Below, piece after piece: positions 26,601 to 40,359 of a stretch of DNA of 64,000 nt (position 1 is its first letter; every line of letters starts with the position of its first letter). Position numbers and translations under genes: made by a program. The stretch covers positions 281,108,001 through 281,172,000 of the forward strand of contig OZ024742.1 in assembly GCA_964016885.1 (NCBI GenBank), written 5' to 3'. The stretch comes from Eledone cirrhosa (lineage: Eukaryota). Below the pieces are notes generated by a model that made no database searches, was not told the origin of the DNA, and saw only the letters and a program-made list of their open reading frames with translations.

Positions 26601-27815
26601 CTGCGCTGGAGCGTTTTCTCTTTCGCTTCTTGTGGAAGGGACGCGCTCCGATGGTCAGGCGGTCCATCTGCTGTCAACACCCGCTACGTGGAGGGCTGGG
26701 CATGCCGTGGCTGATGATGTGCAGACACGCGCTCAGGCTACGACATCTCCACCTCTTCCTCGACGGTGATCAGGTGTGGTCGCCGTTTGCTAGACACGTT
26801 TTTCCCCAGCTCGTCTCCTTGACGGAGCTGCAGTCCTGGGTCAAGCGAAGACCGAGAGGGAGCGCTTGGAGACTGGATAGTCTTCAGGCGCTCACAGCCC
26901 TCGACCAATCGGGCAATGTGATCGGTGGAAACTCCACCTTGGCGTTCTATAGGGGTTTAGTGGAGGGGAAGAGCGACGACGTACTTGGAGAAACTCTAGG
27001 CGTCGACGAAAATCAACTAGCCAATCTCTTCGGAAGGACTTTCGGGCCGGGGTCTATGGACAACTTCCAGAAATGCCTGGCCTGGCAGTGCTACTGGGGT
27101 GTTTGCCAGTTCGGGATAAACTTTACAGGCATGGAGGTGCCGTCAGCCGGGCATGTCCGAGATGCGCACAGGGCGACGAAACCGTCCTGCACGCACTCGT
27201 CCAGTGTCCGAGCATTGCTGACTTGTGGGTTTATGTCGAACACCTGCTGTCACGTGTAGGACGGATCCAGCTATCAGCTGAGTCCATCGTGAGGATTGCC
27301 CCGCCCTCTTCCTTTAGCCGGGACGGACAGGCAGTTTTTATCTGTCTGGTGGCTATGGCGAAAGAGATAGTATGCTGGACACGTTTGAAAGGGCTGAAGA
27401 CGAGCACTTACCTCTTCGGTGATGCCCTGATTAACTTTTTCAAATTTCATCTGAAAAGGAAAATCAGGGTAGAGAGGGAAGTGCTCTCTTCCCAGCATTT
27501 TGTTGAAAGATGGGTGAGAGAAGCAAGTATGGCCCGAATGAATGGGCCTTCTCTGAGTATGTGTCTGTAAATTAAAGGTGGAAAACTGGGAGAGGGCACT
27601 TACCCTGGTGGTCAGGGCCACTGTGGTCTTTTAATGGGCTTTCTCCACAAATGTCCCTCGGAAGTCTCCCCCATATTGGGGAATTTTTCTTTGTTATTTT
27701 ATTTCAACCTCTGTTTTTTTTTACACGCAGAAATGCCCATTTGTACCGTCCTGTATTGTCCTGTACTGTCCTTAATGTCTACTTTATGTAAACCCTTGTG
27801 GTTAATAAAGAAAAC
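23621..27815 (+). mobile_element. Tx1/L1-like LINE copy C1 (5'-truncated within ORF1)
   Basis: ORF1 C-terminus matches C3; ORF2 APE-RT; ends with aataaagaaaac followed by (ATT)n. Confidence 0.93.
24153..27570 (+). pseudogene. ORF2: APE endonuclease, RT, C-terminal CCHC (frameshifts and a stop)
   Basis: SINARG, ISET, VYAP, VGDWN, SYLDR, TDH (APE); FRPI.LLN, LDQSKAFDRVDH, VRQGCPLS, YADD (RT); CPRC...ETVLHALVQC. Confidence 0.93.
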
Positions 27816-27848
27816 ATTATGATTATTATTATTATTATTGTTGTTATT

Positions 27849-30800
27849 CCTTGAATCTCAGTCATTGATGTTGGTTAACTGGAAAGTCCGTTGGAATGAA
27901 TATCAAGCCACTACCTGCAGCCTCAGATATTCAGGACGTATCGGAGGGTTCTTGCTGTTCCAAGCAAGCATGCCTTTTGAAGCGTTCCAAAAAGCGTGAA
28001 GGGGCCGATTTTCTTTAACCATCCCTGGAAACTTTTGGAGATAGTGCCCAGTGCGCCTATGACAATCGGGATCACTTTGACCTTATGGCAGTTCCAAATC
28101 CTTTTCACCTCCCAATTTAGGTCCTGGTATCGGTTAATTTTCTCCCTCTCCTTCTCTTGCACTCTCGTTTCGAAAGGGCAGGCCACATCCACAATCAGAC
28201 ACGATCTTTTTTCTTTGTCCACAACCACCAGGTCAGGTCTATTGTGTTCCAGTTTTTTGTCCGTCTGTATCCTAAAATCTCACAGCACCTTCACCTGATT
28301 GTTCTCCATCACCGCTTCTGGCCTATGCTCATACCATTTCTCAGAATGTGGTAAATTGTTTACTTTGCACAGGTGCCAGTGGATCACCCTGCCCATCACA
28401 TCGTTTCTCCAACCCTTATAGTGGGTCTGGGCTAGGTGTTTACACTCGGACACAATGTGAGCCACAGTCTCCTCTCTCTCTCCACAGATCCTGCACAGTG
28501 GGCTAGCCTCCTCCTTGTAAATATGGTGCTTCAACCACTTCATTTTGAGGGCCTGCTCCTGCGCAGCCATTAGCCTTCCTTCTATAGCCTTTTGAGGTCT
28601 CCTCTTCTCAACCAGTTCCATGTCTGTGGATCTCTAAATTCAGTTTTCTCAAAGAAGGTACTATGAAGGGATTTTCCCTTAAGGCTGCTCTTCCTCCTTG
28701 ATGTTATTTCCTCCTTGGACATCCCCTGGCCTACTGACCCCTCCTTCAGTACAGTTCTGAGCATTGGCTCCTTACTATAGGTCGCGTATTTGTATATGTT
28801 GTTTTTCTCCATCTGAACACAGTCCTCTATGCTGATAAGACATCTTCCACCCTCAGATCTCCTTAAGTAGAGTCTATCGACATCACTCCTCTTGTGGAAC
28901 ATGCTGTAGATAGTCAATAGCTTCCTAGTCTTCCTATCCATTTCTTTTTGTTCAGCAACATTCCATCTCAGAATTCCCGCACTGTACCTAATAATAGACA
29001 CAGCTCGGGAATTTACTGCGCTTATGGCATTTCTGCTGTTCAGATGTGACTTCAATACGCTCCTTACTCTCCGAATGTATTCAGTTCTTAACAATTCCTT
29101 CATTTTTTTGTTCTTTATGCCATTAGCCTCCAGAACGCCCAAATACTTGTATCCTTCCTCAGAGTCAATTTCCTTTATCATCTCACCTGTTTGTATCTGG
29201 ATCCCGTTACTTCTGCTCAACCTACCCCTCCTCATCACAATGACTCCACATTTACTAATACCAAACTGCATACATATATCACTGCTGAAAATACGGACAG
29301 TGTCAACAAGCACATCCAACTCCTTCTCACTTTTCCCGAAGAGCTTAAGATCGTCCATGAAGGGGAGGTGATTGATGGTAAGCTCTCCCTTTCCCAACTT
29401 GTATCCTGCTCTCCCTTTTCGCAGCATAATGGTCAAGGGCATCAGGGCAAGGACAAACAACAGAGGGGACAGGCTATCTCCCTGGAAGATAACTCTCTTG
29501 ATCTTCACGCTTCCCAAGGATACTCCAGTTGATGTCAACTCTGTCTCCCAGGACCTCATACTCCTGCCCAGCAACTGTCTGATGTTATCTGCCACCCTGA
29601 AGATCTCCAGGCTTTTGGTGATCCAAGAATGAGGCACCATGTCAAATGCCTTTCTGTAGTCTATCCATCCCATGGCAAGATCAGTGTGTCTCCTCCTGCA
29701 ATTCCCCATTACCATCTTATCAATAAGTAACTGGTCCTTTGTACCACGTGACTTCTTTCGGCATCCTTTCTGTTCATCCGGTAACATGTTGTTTGTGTGG
29801 AGGTGATGGTAGGTTTCCTCAGACACAATGCTCGTCAACAGTTTCCACATTACGGACAGACATGTGATAGGTCTATAGTTGGTAACATCATTACCCTTGA
29901 TTCGGTCTTTCATTATCAGAACTGTGGTACCTTTTGTCAACCACTCTGGCACCTCACCCGACACCAAGCAGTCATTGAACATGGCCGTCAGCTTCGGGTG
30001 GAGGGATGTTAAATTTTTAATCCAATACCCCTGCACACCATCTGGGCCTGGTGATTTCCAGTTGGTTAGTTTTTTGCCCTGCCCCTTAAGAGTTTCAACT
30101 GTGATACTCAAATCAGTTTGTTGGTGTGCCTGCTCACCGATCTCCCTCTGTACTGTCTCAATCCACCCTGCCTGGACATTATGTCTAACATCCTGTTCCC
30201 ATATTCCTCTCCAGAATGTTTTAGTTTTCTCCGCCCCAGGAATCAAGTCGTTGCCTCTTTCTTTCCCCTCAAGCTGTCCAAACAGCATCTTCTGGTTGTT
30301 GTCGAACATGCGGTTCTGTTTATACTGACTGACTCTGTTCTCGTATCGCCTGCTTTTTGCACTCTTTGCTACAATGCGTTGCTTCAGTTCCTCTATGATA
30401 ATATTTAGCTTTTTCCTCCTAGATTTGTACTTTATTTCCAGTCTATTTTTAGTGCCTATGTTTTTTAGTGTCCCATTCAGTAGTGACTCAAGCTTTCCTA
30501 TGTCATTTCTCATTTCCCCGATTTGACCACTCAGTCGTTTCTTCCACAACGGCTCTGCTCTTTCTTGTCTGTTGTTTCCTCTCGCTTTTATACCAAGTAG
30601 TTTCCTCACCGTATTTGCTGTTACTTTGAGGATATTGTTGCACTGGTGAAGGCTCCTCGCCTCAAGGTATGGGATGACTTAGTTTACCTTAGCTGTTGTT
30701 TCTTTTAACTTTTTCTTGTCTACAAATCTTAGGTTCATAGGTCTCCCACTATCATTGTTCAATTCATCTACCACTAAATTTAGGATGTCAACCGAATCTT

Positions 30801-32038
30801 GTCCTAGCCCGTCAGCATTCATCTCCTCAGTGGCCGTATCTCTGTTCCAGGTATTATTTATCTCAGTATTCAGATCATTGTCTGATTCGGGTGGTTCCTC
30901 CGTTCTCAGGACCTCTTCACCTTCATTTCCCACTGGCTCGCTTGTCTGGCATACTACACCCGCCATCTCCAAGCCATTCTCTCTGCTCAGTTCCTCCAGT
31001 TCCAGCTCGCTTATCCACCCATTAGTTCTTATTATCCGAGCCTGCCCGGCCAATTTTTGTTCATCTAATTTAAATAGACCAATCTCGTTCCAGATATTAT
31101 ACATCCGTCTCCTGTAGCCCCTCTCCTTGGGGTTACTTTTCAGGTAACATTGCATAACAGTTCTATTCAATTCTTTCGTACAGATGGTTCTGCCCCCTTT
31201 CCTTCTTCTTCTTCCTCCAACATCAGCAGTATTTGGTTGACAGTCAGGTTCCTGCTGCTGAGCCAGGGGGCACCTGTTGGGTGAGAGTCTGTCACATGAC
31301 GTTCTAGTCTCCATTTCACCGTTATTCGAACTGTTTATGTTCGATATTTAAACACTCTTATCGAGGATTGGCGAATGTATGGTTACATAGCCATCTGTGG
31401 TTTCGCCGTTCCACTTGGCCCTTGTGTGGCATTATCACCACGCTGTATACGAACACACATAAACAAACAAACACACAGGCAGAAAAAACCCCAAAAATGA
31501 ATAAGCATAAGTTTCATTGTAATGTAGTATTCGAATGTCTGACTTAGTTTTTGTTATTTTAGTTTTAGTTTTTCCCCCCTCTTGTCTGTCCGTCCGCCTG
31601 CTTCTCTCTTCATTCTTATTTTCTTTACGTTTTTTTGTTTTTTTTTGTTTTTGTTTTCCTCTGTTTGTTTTTCTCGTTTTTTGCTGTTGTTGCTGTGCTG
31701 CTTTGGTTTTGTTGTTTGTTTTTTTCTTTTTTCTTTTGAGTCTATCTATATATTTTGATGCCTTCCTCTTTTTTAGTAGTAGGAATTCTATAATGTGGTG
31801 GCAGCAGCCAGCTGGGTGAAGTGGACACTGGCGGCGGTAGCGATACTGAGAATGTGGTGGTGGTGATGTCGATACCGAGGCAGTGGTGGTGGTGATGTGG
31901 TCGTATTACCGTAGTGATGGTGTTGTAGCGGTGGTAGCAGTGAAGGAGTGAAGGAGTGGTGGTGGCGGTGCTGGGATAGTGGTGGTAATGATGGCAGTAG
32001 TGAGCGGTAGTGGTGAAATTGCCGTTATCTGGCTGTTG

Positions 32039-32044
<6 letters not shown>
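27849..32044 (-). mobile_element. R4/Dong-like element, family B copy B1, near full length
   Basis: Bounded by ATT tracts on both sides; colinear with B2. Confidence 0.92.
27923..31346 (-). pseudogene. Family B single ORF (RT, CCHC, RLE), few frameshifts
   Basis: 675 aa intact piece with KSPGPDG, NYRPITCL, IDYRKAFD, QGDSLSP and FMDD; CRICGEREETVAHIVSEC; IVDVACP...EKINRY...IGALG. Confidence 0.92.
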
Positions 32045-32095
<51 letters not shown>

Positions 32096-32096
<1 letters not shown>

Positions 32097-34112
32097 AGTT
32101 GCATTTATCTTGCTTTATGTTCATACGAGTTATCACCAAGTCACAACCAGTGACCTCAAGAGACAACAAGGTCCGCCTTGTTCAAGAAAGAACATACATA
32201 TTCACACATGCATCTTTAGTGTTTAGACTTGTGATGTACTTATATTGACAGAATCTTACTTAGTATATGGGCAGTTCCAATTAGTACTATCTTTTGTATT
32301 TCTCCTATACGCGGGTTTCCTGGGATTTGCGATAAGTAGTCATTAGACCCCTTAGGTATCATTCCCAGAGCGCCTACAACCACTGGTATTGTTTTAGTTC
32401 TCAATTTCCACATTTTTCCAATTTCTATCTCCAGGTCCTTATACTTGCTCAATTTTTCAAATGTTTTTATAGATACATTCTTGTCTATTGGAACAGACAT
32501 ATCAATTAGCAGGCATACTCTCTTTTGAAAGTCCTTCAATATTATATCAGGTCTATTTGCATCTATTTTTCGGTCTGTTTGGATGCTAAAGTTCCACAAG
32601 ATTGAGATGTGATCTTTTTCAAGTATGGGAGGTGGTTGATGCTCCCACCAATTCTTTTGATGGGGCAGGTCAAAATGCTTACACATTATCCAATGTATGT
32701 ATTGTGCAGCTCTGTCATGCCTGTTTAGGTATTCGGTTGGAGCTATAGGACTGCACATTGAAATTATATGGTCAATGGTCTCTGGTTGTTTTTTGCATAC
32801 ACGGCATAATGGGCTGCACCAATTTTTTATTATGTTGGCTTGGTAATTTTTTGTTGGCAGACACTGATCTTGTGCCGATGTAATCAGTGCATCAGTCTCC
32901 GATTTCAGTCCAGAGGATGCCAACCACTGATGGGTTAAAGTTTTGTCAACATCAGGATTGTTAGCACGCTCTGGGTATTTTCCATACAGAGGCTTTTCTT
33001 GCCATTGCTTAGCCAGTTTCAGTAGCAGTTCTTTCTTTGCAGTTACTTTTACCTGCTTTGCTTTTTCTGTGTTTTCCATTTCAGCAGTAAATGGGACTTC
33101 TGAAATTTGTAGTCCATTACTGTATCTTTGTGCATCTTTTGTAATGGAATATGATCTTTTGATGCTTTCGTGTTTCAAAACGAGTTTGATCATCCAATCA
33201 TGTGATTCCCTTAGATATGTGGATAATCCAATTGTTGCAGTTTTCAACGCAATGTCTAACTGGATTAACCCACGTCCTCCTTCTTTCCTAGGGAGATATA
33301 TTCTATCTATGTCTGCCTTAGGGTGATGCATTCTGTGCATGGTTAAGAATTTTCGGATTTTTGTATCGAGCCTACGGATCTCTGTGCTTGACCAGTTGAT
33401 GACATTGTAACTGTAGGTTACTACTGGTATGGCAAGCGTGTTTATGGCATCGATCCTATTCCTTGCATTAAATACCGTTCTTAAGATTGCTCTGACTCTG
33501 CGGTAACATTCCTTCCTTATCCTTTCCCTCATTGTCGAGTGCTTGATTCCGTCACCTTCACAGACACCTAAATATTTGTAAGTTTGTTCTTGATCAAGTT
33601 CTCTTATCACGTTCCCCCGATCAAGATTAATGTCTGAACTCTTCAGCAGCTTTCCTCTGGTGAACGTTGCTTTGGCGCATTTATCTAGTCCAAACTCCAT
33701 TTTAATGTCATCACTGAACTGCTCCACAGTGGATAATAGCCCTTGCAATTGTTCTTCATTTTTTGCAAATAGTTTCAGGTCATCCATGTAGAACAGGTGA
33801 TTAATGGTTTTGTCATAGACTTTATATCCATGTTTTGTTTCATTGAGCATTTTACATAATGGTATAAGTGCGATGCAGAATAAAAGCGGTGATAAAGAGT
33901 CACCCTGAAGAATTCCACAATTAATATTAACTTCTCCAGCTTCCAGTGATTTTGTTTCACTATACAAAAGGATTGTCGTTTTCCATGTCTTCATACTGAA
34001 TGACAAAAACCTCCTGACAACGGGGGATTTTTTGAAAATCTCTAAACATTTTTCAATCCAACTGTGTGGCAAACTATCGAATGCTTTTTTATAATCTATC
34101 CAAGCAATCGAT
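32096..34112 (-). mobile_element. Family A copy A4, 5'-truncated, with an uninterrupted reading frame
   Basis: ATT tracts on both sides; truncated at the IDYKKAFD motif. Confidence 0.93.
32240..34072 (-). CDS. Uninterrupted 610 aa C-terminal part of R4/Dong-like RT-RLE protein (truncated, probably not expressed)
   Basis: QGDSLSP, YMDD, YKYLG, CRVCKKQPETIDHIISMC, RHD, RPDII, LIDMSVP, K..KY. Confidence 0.85.
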   Translation of the reverse strand: MPHSWIEKCLEIFKKSPVVRRFLSFSMKTWKTTILLYSETKSLEAGEVNINCGILQGDSLSPLLFCIALIPLCKMLNETKHGYKVYDKTINHLFYMDDLKLFAKNEEQLQGLLSTVEQFSDDIKMEFGLDKCAKATFTRGKLLKSSDINLDRGNVIRELDQEQTYKYLGVCEGDGIKHSTMRERIRKECYRRVRAILRTVFNARNRIDAINTLAIPVVTYSYNVINWSSTEIRRLDTKIRKFLTMHRMHHPKADIDRIYLPRKEGGRGLIQLDIALKTATIGLSTYLRESHDWMIKLVLKHESIKRSYSITKDAQRYSNGLQISEVPFTAEMENTEKAKQVKVTAKKELLLKLAKQWQEKPLYGKYPERANNPDVDKTLTHQWLASSGLKSETDALITSAQDQCLPTKNYQANIIKNWCSPLCRVCKKQPETIDHIISMCSPIAPTEYLNRHDRAAQYIHWIMCKHFDLPHQKNWWEHQPPPILEKDHISILWNFSIQTDRKIDANRPDIILKDFQKRVCLLIDMSVPIDKNVSIKTFEKLSKYKDLEIEIGKMWKLRTKTIPVVVGALGMIPKGSNDYLSQIPGNPRIGEIQKIVLIGTAHILSKILSI

Positions 34113-34344
34113 ATTATTATTATTATTATTGAATGCCATGGTTGACGGAGGCTCGGCTCTGTAAGGTATAGTAATTTTTAACCGTTAAAACAATTGTAAA
34201 TTGTTTAAAACTTGAACCAAATTGTTGATAAAGACACCCTCCTCCTCGTGAGAGGGGTATTTCTGTCCGTTATTTGGCCCTTCGGGGTTAAATAACCAGT
34301 TATTGGGTTTTGTACCCAAAATTTCATTTTAAACAAAAAACAAC

Positions 34345-36432
34345 ATGGCTACGAAAAAGAAATTTCATACGTCACTCCCACTCATTCCGTCTTCTTCTTC
34401 CTCAATCATCACTACAGCAGAGAGAAGATTGTCTCTCTCCCTCCCTTCTTTAAATGTGTCTCTCTCCCTCCCTTCTCTTTCGCAAGTGACGAAAGAAAAG
34501 AAAAGTCTCGTGCAAAGCGTGCAAGGTTTCTCCACGACGACGACGACAGCGACGAAACAGGTGTGCGGGAAATACGAAAACCCAGTTCATTCGTCTGACG
34601 TCAGGAATAATAGCAGTAGCAGCCGTAATAACAACAGCAACAGTGACAATGAAAACAACAGTAGCAGCCGCAACAGCATCACCAGCAGCATAAACAACAA
34701 CAGGATTAGCAGCAGCAACACCAACAACAACCACAGCAACAGCGGCGGAGGCAGTAGTCGTAGTACCTGCAGCAACAACAAAAGTACCAGCAGCTCTGAC
34801 GGCAACAACAACAGCAGAGAAAAACCAATCTCATTTGCAGGTATTGCGAAAAACTTGGAAACAATCCTCATAACAAATGAGGAATTAGAGGAAGCGAAGA
34901 GATGGTGACAAAGAACGGACACCGAGCAATCTGCAAGGCAGCGGAAAAATTTTTCGAAACCCAAGAGCACTGTACGGTCACGTACCGTACAGTAAGTACA
35001 AAATCCCGTAGGGTGGAAAGAGCCACAGAGGCCCAAATACAAAAAGCCTTGGGGTCTGTGTGGCAGCGGAAAACGCACATCACCCGAGGCAAAAAATATG
35101 CCACCGTAGACGTACTTTTTGCCACACCCCAGGAGGCAAAGGCCCAATCAGTAGTGACCCTAAGGAGCGAGGAAATGGTGTTGGTGCCCTCCTACTGCGG
35201 GCAAAAAATTGTGAGGGTCAAACTGACCCACGTCCCCCCCCCCGGAATGACCCCTTCTTGGCTGGCCGCGTCTGTCCTCGTCAGAATCGAGGACAAAACA
35301 ACTGTACTGCAAGTACAGAAAAAAGTAAGAGAAGATTGGGTCGGCTCCTCCATTGAGATGCTAATCCAAACCAACCAGGAGTGCATCGAAGCTATCCCGG
35401 ATGTGATAGACTTCGATAACGGCTCATAAGTGTTGAGGGCAAACGCCCGAAATGCTTTCGCTGTGGATCGAAGACTCACCTCAGGGCCTTCTGCAACGAG
35501 AAGACCCTGAGAAAGGAGAAAACCCCCCTCCTTCCGAATCCGGCTCCACGGCTACCAGCAACAGGACAAGCGGCAACCAGGAACGATAGGTCCGTGGCAC
35601 CCATACCCACTCCACGGAAATCAAAAACAGCAGCAGCAGTGGAAATATTAACAACAACAACAGCAATACCAAATGCAGCTGCAACAGAGACTCCAGTGCA
35701 AACATCACCAACAACAACAAGTGAAAGAGTGGAGCTGGTACCCCTCCCCGACCTCACAGAATCAGACATGGAGTGTGAGGTGGGAGAGGGATGGCAAAAG
35801 GTCGCAAGAGGCACAAACGCAGAAGCAGCGCATCGTCGCCTTTGAAAAGGGAGGAAAGAAATGAGAAAAGGGTAAAGTCTACTGCAAAGAGACCCACAGC
35901 AGCAACACCACCAACACCATCACCACCCACACCAGCACCACCATCACCACCGGCGACAACCCCACCGCCAACAACACCTTCAACACCACCACCACAAGCA
36001 CCAACATCGCAAACACAACAACAAAACACACACACCCAGCAACAACGACAAGAAAATAGCAGAACCACACCCCACCCCCAGAAAAACAAATGCACGGCAA
36101 TAAACACACACAACAAGAAACTAATGACTTACATAATTGAACACACAGACATTTCACAACAGGACTACATAATACCAGCACCAATCAAAACGCCAACTAA
36201 CATAAGACTGCTAAAAATAGCACAGAAACAATACACAAACATTAAAACGAAATTCCCCAACGCAGTTGGTGATTTCAGGGACCTAGGAGGAACCATCAAT
36301 CGAAGAGTATATTCAGACATTCTCTTAGAAGAGCCGACGACCAGCCGAAGGGACGATTCAACGGTCCCTTCACCAAACGATCAAGTGAAAAGGGATGTAA
36401 AAACCATCCCTCCTCTACCAAAAGTACGGTAA
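34345..36432 (+). pseudogene. ORF1 (gag-like): low-complexity N-terminus, putative RRM-like core, CCHC knuckle, Pro/Thr-rich linker; frameshifted
   Basis: CFRCGSKTHLRAFC encoded at ~35451-35493; core homologous to C3 ORF1; ends ...PLPKVR*. Confidence 0.8.
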
Positions 36433-36467
36433 GTGGTCTTTCCCATCTTTTCCACTCTATTTTAAAC

Positions 36468-39400
36468 ATGACCTCACTCAGAATAGGCAGCATAAATGCG
36501 CGTCAGGGAAGCAGGGTCACCTGCTCAACGACCTCAGGTCACTAATCATAGATGTAGTGGCCATCAGCGAGACCAGAATCTCCGAAGCACGGGCCTTCGC
36601 ACCGATCTTCGGTGGCTACGATGTGTACGCATCGCCCAGCCGTCCTGGATCGGGTGGAGGAGTTGCTGTGCTTTTTCGGAGAGGTTTGGATCTCGCCATA
36701 CGGGCCATCTTCCTGGACCCAGAGGGTAAGCTGGTGGTGCTGGACGTGACCAGCGGAGACGGGCAAGCTTTCAGGCTAGTGGCCGTCTATGCCCCGACAG
36801 GAGCAGGGCGGCCTGATTTCTTCCGGCGTCTGGAGACCTTTCTTGGAACGTCCCGCTCTTTAGTGTTAGTGGGCGACTGGAACGGGATCTTAGATGCACG
36901 CTGGGACTGTGTGGGATTAGCGGGTAGGGGTGGAGGGTGCAAGAGCCTCACCAACCTGCTCAGGCGTTTTGAACTGTCTGACAGGTACCGATTGGATTTC
37001 CCGAATGTGCCAATGTGGACTTGGACAAACCGCACAGGGTCATCCAGATCATATCTAGATAGAGTATTTTGTAGGGTAATAGATAGGTCTAGCATAGGCT
37101 GTCCACAATTCAAGATAGTCAGCTACACGGACCACAAATTCGTGACCTGTGTGCTTGACTTAGATAGGCTTCATAGACGAGGACCCGGCTACTGGAAGCT
37201 AAACGCGTCCTTACCAGCGCGCAAGGCCTACAGAGACCGGATTAGCGAACTAGTTAAGCGGGCGTTGACGGGGGCCATCGTCAACAACAAGTGGTGGTTT
37301 GCTCTGAAAAGAGCGATTGGAATAGAATCGATTAGGTTTAGTAAGGCTTTAGCAATAGAAAAAAATAGAGCAGAGGGAGAACTAGTTAGAAAATTAGACG
37401 AGGCGCTTAGCAAAGGCATTGCGACCGACGTGCTTGCGGCGAAATTGGCCCTTGACCAATTCTTCAATGCAAAGCACGAAGGCTGCGTTGTCAGAGCTAG
37501 GGTGCGTGCTCTCAGACACGAGGGGACGAAAGCCGTTCAATGGGCCCGAGTGGCGGAGGCGCGTCGTGACAAGAAAGCCACGATCCGGTCTTTGGTGGAC
37601 CACGACGGGCGCATGCTACTCGATCCCGGGCAAATGTGTGAAGCTTTTCAGCGACACTTCGCTCAGCTGTTCGGGGGAAGCGGGGGGCCGGGTAGAGGGA
37701 TGGACTTTAGTGTCTACCTCGACGGACTGCCGCGGCTCTCGGCCACTGAGGCGAAGTGTTGCGAAAAGCCGATAACAGCCGCTGAAGTAAGGGAGGCAAT
37801 GACTGGCTGCACAAGGGGTAAATCGCCTGGTTTGGATGGTCTGCCCTATGAACTTTACGTACAGATGCCAGACTTGTTCGGAGGCCTCTTGGCGGACGTC
37901 TACTGCAACTGGCAACAGAACGGGAGAATTCCCAGTTCTGTGAGCCGAGGAGCGGTGGCACTGCTGAGAAAGGACCGAACAAGGGGGATAACATAGACAA
38001 TTTCCGGCCCATAACTCTGCTAAACACAGAGTTCAAGATTTTGGCCAAGGTGCTAGCAAAGAGGTTGGCGCTTGTCGTTGGTGGTCTGGTGGGAGAGGCG
38101 CAGACATGCGCCATTCCCGACAGATCCATCCACGACAACCTCCACCTCATGCGATACATCATAGAGAGGGTAGCTAAGGAACCTGGCACGGGTGCGTCCT
38201 AGATCAATTTAGATCAGTCGAAAGCTTTCGATAGGGTCGACCATCGTTACCTAACGGCAGTCCTGAGGGCGGCTGGCTTTGGGCCCGTCTTCAGAGGCTG
38301 GATCGCTGCCATGCACAGCGACATCTGCTCTGTGGTGAGAGTGAACGGTCACCTGTCGGAACCGTTAAACATCATGCGCACTGTCCGCCAAGGATGTCCC
38401 CTCTCGTCCCTCTTGACTCTCGAGCCATTACTGCACAAACTGGAGACGTTGAGGGGAGTCACGCGCGAACTAGGATGCGGAAGATCCGTGTCAGCATATG
38501 CCGACGATGTCACCGTAGTGGTGTCGAACGCGAAACACATCGAGGCGATCGGCACTACACTAAGAGAATACGAAGCGGTGACAGGAGCAATGATCAACCA
38601 GGAAAAGTCAGTGGGCCTGCAGCTCAGCACCTGGAGAGGCAGGTCCATGCCGTCCAACAGCGTCGTCGGGCGCTGGACGGACGGACCGGTTAAATTGCTA
38701 GGGGTCTGGTTCGGTCCGGACCTCCAGACGGACAAAAACTGGGACGAGGTGACGAGCAGGGTGGCTTCTCTCACCCAGAAATGGGCGGAGAGGAACCTAT
38801 CCCTGAAAGGTCGAGCGGAGGTGGCTAACGCGTACATCGCGTCTGTCATCTGCTACCGCCTAACCGTCGTACCTTGTCCTAAGCCTCGCCTGACTGCGCT
38901 GGAGCGTTTGCTCTTCCGCTTTTTGTGGAAGGGACGTGCTCCGATGGTCAGGCGGTCCATCTGTTGTCAACACCCGCTACGTGGAGGGCTGGGCATGCCG
39001 TGGCTGATGATGCGCAGGCACGCCCTCAGGCTACGACATCTCCACCTCTTCCTCGACGGTGATCAGGTGTGGTCGTCGTTTGCTAGACGCGTTTTTCCCC
39101 AGCTCGTTTCCTTGACGGAGCTGCAGTCCTGGGTCAAGCGAAGACCGAGAGGGAGCGCCTGGAGACTGGAATGTCTTCAGGCGCTCACAGCCCTCGACCA
39201 ATCGGGCAATGTGATCGGTGGAAACTCCACCTCGGCGTTCTATAGAGGATTAGTGGAGGGGAAGAGCGACGACGTACTTGGGGAAACTCTAGGCGTCGAC
39301 GAAAATCAACTAGCCAATCTCTTTGGAAGAACTTTCGGGCCAGGGCCTATGGACAACTTCCAGAAATCTCTGGCCTGGCAGTGCTACCGAGGAGCCTTGC

Positions 39401-39863
39401 CAGTTCGGGATAAACTCTACAGGCATGGGGTGCCGTCAGCCGGGCATGTCCGAGATGCGCGCAGGGCGACGAAACCGTCCTGCACGTACTCGTCCAGTGT
39501 CCGAAAATTGCTGACTTGTGGGTTTATGTCGAACACCTGCTGTCGCGTTTAGGACGGATCCGGCTATCATCTGAGTCCATCGTGAGGATTGCCCCGCCCT
39601 CCTCCTTTAGCCGGGAACGGCAGGCAGTTTTTATCTGCCTGGTGGCCATGGTGAAAGAGATAGTATGGTGGACACGTTTGAAAGGGCTGAAGACGAGCAC
39701 TTACCTCTTCGGTGATGCTCTGATTGACTTTTTCAAATTTCATTTGAAAAGGAAAATCAGAGTAGAGAGGGAAGTGCTCTCTTCCCATCATTTTGTTGAA
39801 AGATGGGTGAGAGAAGCAAGAATGGCCCGAGTGAATGGGCCTACTCTGAGTATATATCTGTAA
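36468..39863 (+). pseudogene. ORF2 APE-RT of C2, disrupted
   Basis: Same motifs as C1, in 479, 413 and 115 aa pieces. Confidence 0.92.
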
Positions 39864-40359
39864 ATTAAAGGTGGAAAACTGGTAGAGGGCACATGCCTTG
39901 GTGGTCAGGGTCATTGTGGCTTTTTACTGGGCTTTCTCCACAAATGTCCCTCCGAAGTCTCCCCCCTATTGGGGAATTTTTCATTGTTATTTTGTGTTAC
40001 ATCCTCTGTTTTGTTTTTTACACGCAGAAATGCCCATTTGTACCGTCCTGCATTGTCCCGCACTGTCCTTAATGTCTACTTTATGTAAACCCTTGTGGTT
40101 AATAAAGAAATCATTATTATTATAATTATTATTATTATTATTATTATTATTGGCGACCTACGTAGTAAATCGTATCATCGTGAGCTCCGCAAAGGTTTGT
40201 TATTTCCGTTTGTTAAAAATTGTCATTTATGGAAAATTTTATTGTTAACTGTTTATAAGCGCACATACATTGTTTTCCGAAAAGGACACCCAAAAAGATT
40301 GGGGCCTTGTGCCCAAAATTTAAACTTTTATTATTATCAAAAAAATTTCTCTGAAAAAA

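Larger units (their letters stand above)
34131..40112 (+). mobile_element. Full-length Tx1/L1-like LINE copy C2 (ORF1 type 1)
   Basis: (ATT)n on both sides; 5' UTR, ORF1, ORF2, AATAAA at 40101. Confidence 0.93.

Noticed and set aside
34590-34820. (AAC/AGC)n low-complexity run as an independent repeat or gene
   Set aside because: It is part of the Ser/Asn-rich N-terminus of C2 ORF1.
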